Assembly: GCA_002104945.1 (NCBI GenBank)
Contig: MCFH01000187.1
Coordinates: 1-19,410, forward strand
Source: Piromyces finnis finn
Lineage: Eukaryota > Fungi > Neocallimastigomycota
Direction: 5' to 3'
Length of the DNA: 19,410 bases
The stretch's first letter is position 1. Each line of letters opens with the position of its first letter. Shown one piece after another: positions 1 through 9,499 of the stretch. The notes below the pieces were generated by a model. That model did not search any database and was not told the DNA's origin. It saw nothing but the letters and a program-made list of their open reading frames with translations. A program made the translations under genes and the position numbers.

Positions 1-253
1 TTATTAAATAGAATAATTATTTATTAATTGATTTAAAAAATTATAAATACTCGAAATTAATTCAACAATTGAATTTTTGGAGAAATCATTAAGCTTTATA
101 ACTCTATTTAATGATTAATAAAATATTTGATTAATAAAATGTATTAATAAATTTTTTAATAAAAGTATTACAATAAAATAATTTATATTAATTTAATAAG
201 TAGGGTTAGGGATTCTGACCTAACTTACCTCAATTCATCTTAAATCCTTAACA
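1..253 (-). repeat. Probable 3' LTR of element A (runs off the left edge)
   Basis: Minus strand reads TAG-A-TGTTAAGG right after the pol stop (255-257), then becomes about 90% AT. No partner LTR in the window and no visible PPT. Confidence 0.5.
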
Positions 254-254
254 T

Positions 255-481
255 CTAATGTCGGATTCCAAAAGACATTGAATGTGGTTTGTCTGGAAAC
301 TTTTTGTGGAAATCTTTCAGTAACTCGGGGCATGTATGTCTTCTGCGTTTTCCCATGAGCGATCTTCAGCAGGATATCTTTTCCAATCAACAAGATACTG
401 AAGTACTCCGTTGTTAATTCTAGAATCCAATATTTCATTTACTTCATACTCTAGTTCATCGTTTACTAAAATGGGAGGCGG
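255..481 (-). pseudogene. Chromodomain at the integrase C-terminus of element A (one frameshift)
   Basis: Manual translation: PPPILVNDELEYEVNEILDSRINNGVLQYLVDWKRYPAEDRSWENAEDIHAP/ELLKDFHKKFPDKPHSMSFGIRH*. The tracked ORF 235-438 is an off-frame shadow of this. Confidence 0.92.
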
Positions 482-489
482 CTTCTGGA

Positions 490-1560
490 TGTCTCGGTTT
501 TCAAAGGTATTCTCAATATAGGGCTCGAGATTAGATATATGGAAAATGGGGTGTCTTAACTTGAAATTTTGTTATTCCAAGCATTCAATAATTTCATATG
601 GTCCTGATTTTCTAGGGTCTAACTTCTTCACATTTGTTTTTTCCTTTGGGATAGAGTAACCATACTTTGTCATCTACATTTAAACTGGGAGGCTCTTGTC
701 TTTTTCTATCAGCATATTTTTTAAATTTTTCTTGAGCTTCTTTCATATTTTCCTTGAGTTTGTCAAGTGTAGTACCAATGTCGCATACAACTTTCTCCGC
801 TTCTGGAACTAAAGATGTTATTGGAAGGTCGATTAAAAATTCTGGATTATACTTTAAATTAGCCTCGAAAGGTGACATTTTAATAGATTCCTGAATAGCA
901 TTGTTATAGGCAAATTCTGCGAGTGAGATATACGAACTCCAGTCAGAATGTTTAATGTTAGTGAAGCACCTGAGATACTGTTCAATTATACTATTAAGTC
1001 TTTCTGTTTGCCCATCAGTCTGTTGGTGATAAGCAGTTGAGAGTTTGGATTCACAGTGTAGCAGCTTACAAAAATGTTGAAAGAATTTAGAATTAAATTG
1101 TCTACCGCGATCTGATATGATTTCATTTGGAATACCATGTAATCTAAATACATTATCCAAGATAAGTTGCGCAGTTTCTTCAGCTGAGGGAAGCTTTCTA
1201 AGTGGAATGAAATGTTCCATCTTCGATAATCTATCCACCACTGTTAGGATAGCGGAATAATTGTTCGATTTTGGTAGATCTGTAATGAAAATCAAGAGAT
1301 ATTGACGACCATACTTTTCAGGTATTGAGAGTGGTTGAAGAAAATCCATATGGTTTATTTTTGCTGTTTTTGTTTCTATTACATGTATCACATGAATTTA
1401 CGAATCTGCGTACATCCCCCTCAGACTCTTCACCAAAAGTTTCTACTAAGTTCGAGAGTTTTTCTAATACCAAAATGACCGGAAGAAGGGGAATTATGGT
1501 GGGATTGAAGAATTTCAACACGAAGAACTTAATGTAAATCCTAAGATTGTAAAGAAGAAT
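490..1560 (-). pseudogene. Integrase of element A (HHCC zinc finger, D,D35E core, GPY/F region), frameshifted
   Basis: ORF 612-1391 has ITDLPKS..ILTVVDRLSKM.HFIP, IISDRGRQF, STAYHQQTDGQTERLNSIIEQYLR. The upstream frame has HHNSPSSGHFGIRKT and CDTC. Confidence 0.93.
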
Positions 1561-1859
1561 GCCATCCTTGAAAGTTAAAGGGGAATTGGGGAGATTAAGC
1601 CTTCTGGTGTTGTTGGTAAATTAAGTAAGGATCAGAAGGTAAGGCTGAACGAATCCTCTCTAATAGAGAACTATCACTTAAAGAGATAACAAACGATATG
1701 CTAGTGAAATTGGAAGAATAAGAATTGAACCTGAATTAGTAACTTTATGTTCGTAATCAGGTCTACGAATAAGCAATCAGCTCTATTCTTTGAACCAGGT
1801 TTGTATTTAATAACAAAATCAAAACGAGAGAAGAAGATACTCCAACGAATATGAGTTGG

Positions 1860-2504
1860 AAAGATGATCTGGTTTACGGCTCAAAAAGAAGATTACGATG
1901 ATCGAAGAAGACAGTAATTTGGTGAATTGCACCTTTAAGGTGATGTCTCCAGATCTGGAAGGCTTCTTTGATAGCAAGGAGTTCCTTGTCGTAGATTGGG
2001 TAATTACATTCGGCGTTGGTTAAAGCTCTCGAGAAGAAAGAAACAGGATGAAGAGAACCATCAAATTTCTGGAAGAAGTACACTACCGATAGCGAAGTTA
2101 CTAGAATCAGATTCGATGATAAAAGGCTTGTTCGGATCGGAATGGCGAAGAAGACTGGCCGAAAGGAAAGCATTTTTTTAAAATTGTTGAAAGCTGAGAC
2201 GGCATCTGAGTCCATAATGAAAGGAACATTTTTCTTTAACAATCGAGTCAAGGGTGAAGCGATTTTTGAAAAATTCTTTATAAACGCCTGTAGTAGTTAC
2301 AAAGACCCGTGAATTGTTGGATGTTTTTGGTATTTTGAGGAAGAGGCCAATTAAGAATGGCGTTACTTTATTCTTTTACATTGATATTCCAAACCAGAAA
2401 GATGGTGACCAACAAAATCAATTTCAGGGACATCGAATTCACATTTTTCAAGTTTAGCATAGAGGTTATTCTTGAGAAGACGTTCGAGAATTAAGCGAAC
2501 ATGC
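1860..2504 (-). pseudogene. RT C-terminal part and RNase H of element A, frameshifted
   Basis: [54 protein letters not shown] motifs. Confidence 0.92.
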
Positions 2505-3151
2505 TGTCAAAATCACAATTCATGAAATTTGACATTTCATGAAATTTCATAATTTTGAATTATTAATTAAATTAATAAAATATTAATTTAATAATATTTT
2601 ACTAATAATAGTTTATTTAATATAAATATTAATTGGAAACCTATTTATTATCCGGAGATAAATAGTGTAACAATAAATTAATATTAAACAAACCAATTAG
2701 TAAAATAAGATTCATTTAAATAATTATTAATATTATTTTTAACAACTTATTAATATCGATATTTAAAGAAATTATATTTTTATTATTATTATTATTATTA
2801 TTTTATTAATATTTATATTTATATTATTATACATGTATGTACTAAAAATATTATTATTATACTTTATTAATATCTATATTATATTAAAAATGAAAATATA
2901 AATAAGTTGAACAAAGAACAACTCTAATAAGTTCTTTGTGAGATTATTATACTCATTTTTATATAGTAAATTCAATAATTAAAATTGATAATTATCATTT
3001 ATTTATATTATAAAAATTAAATAAAATAATTCTTAAAAAAAACTATATCTATTATTCTTTTATTTATAAAATTTATTATTTACTATATAATTAAGCCTAT
3101 CCTAACCTAGTAGACTTAATTATAACTATAAATCAACTATAATTCTTGACA
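2505..3151. mobile_element. Candidate orphan LTR (E) interrupting the RT of element A
   Basis: Begins TGTCAA exactly where A's RT stops and ends TTGACA (6-bp terminal inverted repeat). AT-rich interior, sub-terminal hairpin tgtcaaa..tttgaca. Flanks catgc/aaata give no TSD. Confidence 0.45.
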
Positions 3152-3191
3152 AAATAAAATATACTCATAACGTTAATAAATTTTTCTCAAG

Positions 3192-3697
3192 TGTAACGAA
3201 TATTGATAATTGTAAAAGGTTTTATTATATTTTAGTTAATAAGTTAAATATCAAAGTTAATTTAGTTATTACCTCTCTATACGAGTTAATAACTAAATAA
3301 AGTTTTATAAAAATAATAAAAGAACTAAAATAAATATTATAGCACAAAAATTAATATATAACAAATAAATATTAATATGAAATATTATCTACTTAAATAA
3401 TTATTTATAATTATTATCCTTTTATTTATTAATTATAATTATTACATTGATTATTATTATAGTTATTAATTTACTTTAATACTAACGCTAAAGTATTAAC
3501 GTTAGTTTAAACTATACTATTTACCTATAATAGTTATTTACTAAACCACTTGATTGGGTGAAGAAAATAAACTTTTTATTTATTTAATAACCATTAATAT
3601 ATGGTTATGCATATTTCTGGCCAATAAATGTTAACCAGAATATATGGTTCAATTGAAATATTTGTGGGCAAACTTATGGCCACAAATATTTCTTACA
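3192..3697 (-). repeat. 3' LTR of element B
   Basis: TGTAAC...CTTACA termini; on the minus strand it directly follows the PPT TAGGGGGCAT. Confidence 0.75.
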
Positions 3698-3698
3698 A

Positions 3699-3708
3699 TG
3701 CCCCCTAA
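3699..3708 (-). promoter_or_regulatory. Polypurine tract of element B
   Basis: Minus strand TTAGGGGGCA-T-TGTAAG, between the pol stop (3718-3720) and the LTR. Confidence 0.75.
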
Positions 3709-3717
3709 GAAGAAAAC

Positions 3718-3916
3718 CTAGGCAGGGTTTTGGACACTAACCATGAATTCCTGGTAACATTTATCTTGGAATTCTTTTAACAACTTATCATAATGGGCAC
3801 TTTTGTCAATGACATCGGCATTAACCCACTCTTGTCTAAAGTCACTAAAGGTAGCTAAGTACTTGGTAGACATCCTTTTTTCTTCTGGCACTAAGGATCT
3901 TAATGATTTCTACTTC
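3718..3916 (-). pseudogene. Divergent chromodomain of element B
   Basis: EVEIIKILSARRKK../KYLATFSDFRQEWVNADVIDKSAHYDKLLKEFQDKCYQEFMVSVQNPA* with one frameshift. Confidence 0.7.
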
Positions 3917-4300
3917 TTGCCAGGGTAAGTCTGCAACTTTTACTCTAGCAGCGCTACCATACGGCTTATGCCTATTGTCCTTCTGAGTACAACATATGGT
4001 ACAAGCTTTAATATATCCCGCAACGTCATCCATCATTTTAGGCCAATAGTAGTTTCTTACTATCAGGTCATATGTCTTATCCTTACCCAGATGACCTGCT
4101 GTTTCGCTATCGTGGTTAAGTTTAATGATTGTATCTCTTAATACCTTTGGCACATATGTGCAATCCGGAGCATCCTTCCTTAAAATCAACCCATTTATTT
4201 CTAACCACTTCTTCTTGATGAGCTTGTGGCCTCTCTTTGCGTTTAAGGCCTTCTTTAATTTCCCTTGCTAGCTCATCAGTGTTGTAAGCTTGTTTGAGTT
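3910..4300 (-). pseudogene. Integrase N-terminal HHCC zinc-binding region of element B
   Basis: YVPKVLRDTIIKLNHDSETAGHLGKDKTYDLIVRNYYWPKMMDDVAGYIKACTIC..KPYG..PWQEV. Confidence 0.92.
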
Positions 4301-4399
4301 CCCTACAAAGCTTACTTCTAACACCGCATAGCACTCTTCTTCCATGGGTGGAAACTCCTTTACTTGTTCTGGACGGAGGAGACTAGTTTTTTCCATCTC

Positions 4400-5785
4400 C
4401 AGTTGTACCTTTCTGGAGATACCATTCTTGATAGTATATCGCTCTACCATTCATTTTCCTGGCCGATATATTATTTTCAAAGTTGTACGCAGCGAACAGT
4501 CTTTCCATCTTGCTGTCTTGCTGTCAACAACTGAGGTTTAGTGGCGAACAGGAGGTTCCTGTGGTCGCTGTAAACCAAGACCTTGTGTTTCGCACCCATT
4601 AGTAGGTGTCGCCACTCAATGAAAGCATTTCTAATAGCCAACAACTCCTTTTCCGTGATAGAGTAGTTGATCTCTGCTTTCGTAAGCTTCTTAGAGTAGT
4701 AGTACACAGGGTGTAGTTCATTGTAATCACCAAGTTGTGACAGTACACCACCAACTGCGTAATTACTAGCGTCACACTCCACGATAAACTGACGTTCATG
4801 GTCAGGATAGGCTAATACTGTGGAGCTAACAACATTTCATTTAACTTTTCGAACGCCTGCACACGTTCTTCATTCCATAGGAACTGCAACTTCTTGAACG
4901 TCATAGAATAGAGTGGTCTTGCTATTTTGGAGAAGTCCTTAATGAATTTCCTATAATAGTTACAGAACCCCAGGAAGGACTGTAATTCCTTTATGTTAGT
5001 TGGTTGAGGCCAACTAGCTACAGCTTTTAATTTCTCTGGATCAGTTTTAATTCCGTACCTTCCTACACGTGACCCAGGAATGCAAGTTCGTCCTTGTGAA
5101 ACTCGCACTTTGCTAATTTAGCTACTAGACGGTTGTCTATTAGCTTTTGTAGGACTCGTTTCACATGTCCCACATGTTCTTCAAGTGTTTTGGAGTATAT
5201 GATGATATCATCCAAGTACACTTGGCAACAGTCATTGATTTCCTCTGCTAATACAGTATTGATAAATCCTTGGAATGTGGCAGGTGCATTGGTCAAACCA
5301 AAGGGCATTACCAGATATTCATAATGGCCGAACTTGGTTGAGAATGCAGTCTTGTATTCGTCACCCTCGCGAATACGCACAAGGTTGTAGGCAGACTTCA
5401 AATCCAGCTTGGAGAAGATAGTTGCACCTTTCATGGCTTCGAATACCTGACTTATTAGTGGTAGTGGGAAGGAATTACGTACTGTTACTTTATTGAGACG
5501 CCTGTAGTCAGTACATAGACGTCTTTCACCACTTTTCTTGGGCACAAACAAGACGGGATATCCTGCAGGACTTTCTGACTTCCTTATGAAGCCCTTGGCA
5601 AGATTTTCCTCTTTATATTCCTTCAACGCTTTTTCTTCTTCTGGGTTGAATGGATATATAGGGCCCTTATGAAGACTCGCATCAGGTTCCAGGTCGATTT
5701 TACAATCGTAGAGGCGGTGCTCTGGTAGCTGATTAGCTATGTCTTCGTTGAATGCTTCCTTGAAATCATGGTAATATTTTTCCAC
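4400..5785 (-). pseudogene. Reverse transcriptase and RNase H of element B, frameshifted
   Basis: [65 protein letters not shown], then CDASNYAVGGVLSQ, EKELLA, YSDHRNL. Confidence 0.96.
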
Positions 5786-5789
5786 AATT

Positions 5790-6245
5790 TCTTCTGTGTA
5801 GGTTGGTTTTTGGGTAAGTTTTCTTCTTTGCCAACCCTAGTAAACGTGATTTCCATCTGACTTTCATATGTCAACCCTCCGGAATTGCGATTTTTCTCTA
5901 AGTAACACAACTTGGTGCCAACCCTACTGAAACACAACTTTTATCTAAGTTGAATTTTCGAAACAACCCTCCAGAAACTTGGTCTTCAGGACTACTGGTT
6001 TTTTGTGACTACCTTACCAACGATCTCCGTTCAATGTTTTCGATAGTAACATTACTACAGGCTTTCTAGCTTCTGTATGGGTAACTGTTGTAATGGGACT
6101 ATTTGAGCACAGTAGTAGATATCACCACCCTGGGTTCCATAAAATAGTGTGTCCCTTTTGTATATTGTCATCTACCACAAATACCTGACTTGAGCGTTTT
6201 TATAAACCCTGTAGATGTAGTGCTCATCCATAAAGCCAAGCCTAC
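5790..6245 (-). pseudogene. Decayed aspartic protease and spacer remnant of element B
   Basis: Fragments GFMDEHYIY and PLQQLPIQKLEKPVV resemble the region after a gypsy protease DSG motif. The catalytic motif itself is not readable. Confidence 0.5.
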
Positions 6246-6278
6246 TATTATTATTTCTGCATGTTATCCGACAAATGA

Positions 6279-6289
6279 CAACTTGTATT
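6279..6289 (-). promoter_or_regulatory. Putative primer-binding site of element B (non-tRNA, possibly self-priming)
   Basis: AATACAAGTTG directly follows the LTR end GTTACA; 10/11 complementary to LTR positions 6523-6533. Confidence 0.4.
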
Positions 6290-6647
6290 TGTAACGAAAT
6301 ATTATAATAAAAACACACACTCTAATGTATCAAATATATGTATTTTTTTTATAATGTTTATTTATTAAATTTATTATTATAATACGACTACTCGCTAGGT
6401 CAGTGTATTATCAAATAAAGACGAAACAAAAAACTAATTTTATTAATTATTAATAAAAACACTAAAGAACTATTTTATCTTTCTTATTCTCTCTTTTAAC
6501 ATGAAAATTATTTTTATTTTTTAATACAATTTGATAAGTGAATTAATTACTTAATGATTGGTTATAAAAATATAATTATGAAATTTCATTAATCTAACCT
6601 TAATGATTTTCTAGTCTAACCCTTATCATTAGATATACCTCATTACA
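6290..6647 (-). repeat. LTR shared between elements D (as 3' LTR) and B (as 5' LTR)
   Basis: Minus strand TGTAAT...GTTACA, 358 bp. Preceded by PPT TAGAGGAGGAG and followed by B internal sequence. Confidence 0.75.
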
Positions 6648-6649
6648 AG

Positions 6650-6660
6650 CTCCTCCTCTA
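6650..6660 (-). promoter_or_regulatory. Polypurine tract of element D
   Basis: Minus strand TAGAGGAGGAG-CT-TGTAAT. Confidence 0.8.
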
Positions 6661-6724
6661 AATTCGGATTCCAGACGAATTATAAGCTAATAATTTTTTT
6701 TTTTTTTTAAATAGGCAGTTGACT

Positions 6725-6967
6725 TCATATGAAATTAAAGTGTGGTACAATGGTCGATAGTTGCAATAAACTAGAAGTTTGGTTCGAAGTCGGGTTGGTA
6801 GAGTAATTTGATGTAAGGCGGGTTGGCGCCAAGACTAAAGTATGTCCAACAAGTACTAGAGGTTTCATAGGAAGTTCAATATGGCCGTTTGATAGTACTT
6901 GTTCTTGGTACGCTTGTAAGTCCAGTAAATCCCTAGGAGCTTCGCCAAACGGATCGGTTAATTTATT
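6725..6967 (-). other. 80-codon stop-free frame with no upstream ATG, in the 3' UTR of D; function unknown
   Basis: NKLTDPFGEAPRDLLDLQAYQEQVLSNGHIELPMKPLVLVGHTLVLAPTRLTSNYSTNPTSNQTSSLLQLSTIVPHFNFI*. GC-richer island preceded by TTTTAG and flanked by T15 (6694-6708) and T25 (7029-7053). Confidence 0.3.
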
Positions 6968-7024
6968 CTAAAATGATATCCCTCATTTGTGTCTAAAAAT
7001 TAATGAAAATTATTAATTTATTAA

Positions 7025-7053
<29 letters not shown>

Positions 7054-7055
<2 letters not shown>

Positions 7056-7320
7056 TGGTCTTGTTGAATTCTTTAGCTTTGCTGGACAGTTCAATTTTCT
7101 TCGGTTCCCATGAGGCTTCTGAAATAGGATATCCTTTCATTTGATCAATACTGAGTTTGTTTTATAGCGTCTTCTTTTGTCCAGAATTTCTTCTACTTCG
7201 TATTCCTCCTCTTCGTTTATAATGACAGTGTGGAGGTTGAACTTTTCGTTTGTATTTTCCCTTCGAAGTAAGCTCGAGAGATGATTTATGGAATACCGAC
7301 AATCTTCATGTTACCAGGGA
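7054..7320 (-). pseudogene. Integrase C-terminus and chromodomain of element D, frameshifted
   Basis: PGNMKI.PVFHKS..LE then IINEEEEYEVEEILDKRRRY..IKWKGYPISEASWEP..NCPA.LKEFNKTI. Confidence 0.88.
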
Positions 7321-7910
7321 GTTAATGGTCGACACAGAAAATAGATTAGGATATCTTTCTATTACAATAACACAAAATTTAAAAATAAAATAAAAAATTT
7401 TATAAAATATCTTTTATTATAATAGTTTTATAATAACAATTACATCGATAAAATGATGAAAAATATCTTCTATTTATATTTTTCCTAAATACATTTATAT
7501 TATATTATAACTATTTATTTCTTATATTTATTATTTAAATCTACACTAAAATCTTAATTATTAATAAATATTTAAACTATAACTATTTTTAGTAAAATAC
7601 AATTGGCAATTCAAATTAAGTACTATTAATTTGAATATGTGCCCATGTATTATTGATATATTAATCATTTATTATTTATCTATTTCTATAAAAAAACAAT
7701 ACTAAAACTAGGGATTTAAATTGAGAATATTAATTTACTTGTTAAACATTAAAAATAAATTAATAATTTATTTTGTTTTAAACTTTAATTATTAATAAAT
7801 AAATTATGTCTCATTTTCTTTTTCTGAATATAATTTGTGTAACTTAAACAATAATACTTGTGGCTTAATTACATTAAAAGATATCAAACAGAGGGTTTGA
7901 TATCTTTACA
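7321..7910 (-). repeat. 3' LTR of element C (about 590 bp)
   Basis: Starts TGTAAAGATATC on the minus strand after the PPT. The left end gttaatggtcgacacag matches the 5' LTR end tgtaatggcgacacag. Confidence 0.85.
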
Positions 7911-7912
7911 AT

Positions 7913-7923
7913 CTCTCTCTCTA
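7913..7923 (-). promoter_or_regulatory. Polypurine tract of element C
   Basis: Minus strand TAGAGAGAGAG-AT-TGTAAAG. Confidence 0.85.
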
Positions 7924-7945
7924 AGTCGAGCCCTGCGAGATTAAT

Positions 7946-8230
7946 TTATAAGGAATCTTTTCTCGAAGGAATTTCAATTACAAATGGTTGGTATCTTGCT
8001 TGATTAGATTACCAACTTTATTCTTTCTAATTTTCATGGAGGAGTCGTTCGACTTATATTTTGACTTTTTAGATTTCTTTCAAACTCTTGTATTAATTGT
8101 TTATCTGGAATATGATCTTCAGAAATCCAAGTGGATTTGTCAAATCCTTTCCATGATAACTTATAAAATGTTCACCATTAAAGATTTCATTTTTCAATTT
8201 TCTCTGGAATTTTTTCAATTAAATTCTGTG
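7946..8230 (-). pseudogene. Chromodomain and tail of element C, frameshifted
   Basis: KIFNGEH..YKLSWKGFDKSTWISEDHIPDKQLIQEFERN; tail YQPFVIEIPSRKDSL*. ORF 7988-8239 (+) is an antisense shadow. Confidence 0.82.
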
Positions 8231-8279
8231 TTAAGGTGAATGTTCCTCTTCCTACGATTAGACCTGTCGTTAAATCGTT

Positions 8280-9433
8280 TTCAAAGTATGGTTCTAACAA
8301 TGAAACATGAAAGACTGGATGACATCTCATTGTCTTTGGAAGTTTCAATTTGAAAGCAGAGAACTAACTTTTTCAATTATCTCAAATGGACCAAGCATTT
8401 GAGGTGCTAATTTTTCTTTAGGTTAGTTCCAGGAGAATCTTTCAATAACCATACTTCTTTCCCACTTCGAACTGGGGAATCATTCTTTCATATCGGCATA
8501 TTTCTTATATGTTTCTTTTGCTTTTTCTAATTTTCTTTTAATAATTTAAAGTTTTCATTCATATCAATTACTCTTTGTTCAGCTCTACTAGGTCTATCAT
8601 TAGCTGGAATTTCTAAGCTGAACTTTGGATGAAAACCATAATTAGCAAAGAATGGGGATTGATTTATAGATTGTTGTAAAGTATTATTATATGCAAATTC
8701 AGCAAATGGATAAGATCAACCCAGTATTCTGCTTTTTATTTATAAAACAACGGAAATATTGTTCTAATATGCCGTTCACCCTCTCCGTTTGACCATCTGT
8801 CTGCATGGTTGCAGTTGATAATGAATGATTGATATTAAGAAGGTCACAAAGTCTTGACCAAAAGTCAGAAGTAAATTGCGAGCCTCTATCAGAAATGATG
8901 GAATCAGGAAGACCATGCAAACGGAAGACATTAGCAATAAAAGCATCAGCAGCAATCGAAGCAGTAGGAAGACAACGTAAAGGAATGGCGTGAGCAAATT
9001 TAGTAAATCTATCGACAACAACCGAGAGTTGTCATATCTCTGGACTTAGGAAGATCAACAATAAAATCAATAGAAATATCAGACCAGGGCCTACTGGAGT
9101 GTCCAAAGGGGATAACAATCCATAAGGCTTATGTCTGGGGACTTTGGATTTGCAACAAGTCACGCAAGATTTGATAAAGATTTAACGTCTGAATAAACCT
9201 TGGCCACCAAAAGTTTCTGGAAATCAGTTCAGTGGTTTTCTTAATACCGAATGACCAGCAGCAACAGAATCATGATGAAGTTCCAAAACTCTTGTCCTAA
9301 GAGATTTAGGAACATAAATAAGATTATTATATAACAAAAATCCTTCGTTATCAATAATAACTTTATCAATATTTTTAATAGGTGCATTACATGCAGAACC
9401 ATTCATTTTAAATTGGACAATAGAATTATACAA
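8280..9433 (-). pseudogene. Integrase of element C, frameshifted
   Basis: YVPKSLRTRVLELHHDSVAAGH; VVDRFTKFAHAIP; HGLPDSIISDRGSQFTSDFW; QTDGQTERVNGILEQY. Confidence 0.93.
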
Positions 9434-9499
9434 ATCGTCTTTTTAATTCTAATAAAATAGAATCGATTAACGGTTTGTTATCGCTATGATGAAACGAAA

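Larger units (their letters stand above)
1..2504 (-). mobile_element. Element A: 5'-truncated Ty3/gypsy chromovirus (end of RT, RNase H, integrase, chromodomain, 3' LTR)
   Basis: Frameshifted pol in gypsy order on the minus strand: HVRLILERLLKNNLYAKLEKCEFD (RT end, about 2503-2420), RNase [17 protein letters not shown] zinc finger, integrase core, chromodomain. Cut at 2504/2505. Confidence 0.93.
3192..6647 (-). mobile_element. Element B: internally deleted or chimeric Ty3/gypsy chromovirus (no gag, no integrase core)
   Basis: LTR, PBS-like site, protease remnant, RT, RNase H, IN zinc finger, chromodomain, PPT, LTR, in that order. Confidence 0.85.
6648..7320 (-). mobile_element. Element D: 3' remnant of a Ty3/gypsy chromovirus cut by the LTR of element C
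   Basis: Integrase tail, chromodomain, long 3' UTR and PPT. Abuts the C LTR at 7320/7321. Confidence 0.85.

Noticed and set aside
201-211. Telomere-like TAGGGTTAGGG in A's LTR and CTAACC(C) motifs at about 6594, 6616, 18903 and the window end
   Set aside because: At most two units each; too short to call telomeric repeats or binding sites.
1408-1427. Minus-strand GTCTGAGGGGGATGT in A closely resembles the copia PPT/LTR junction GTCTGAGGGGGAATGT
   Set aside because: It lies in frame inside the integrase zinc finger (SLRGDVRRFVNSCDTC) and no LTR follows. Probably coincidence, though a central PPT cannot be excluded.
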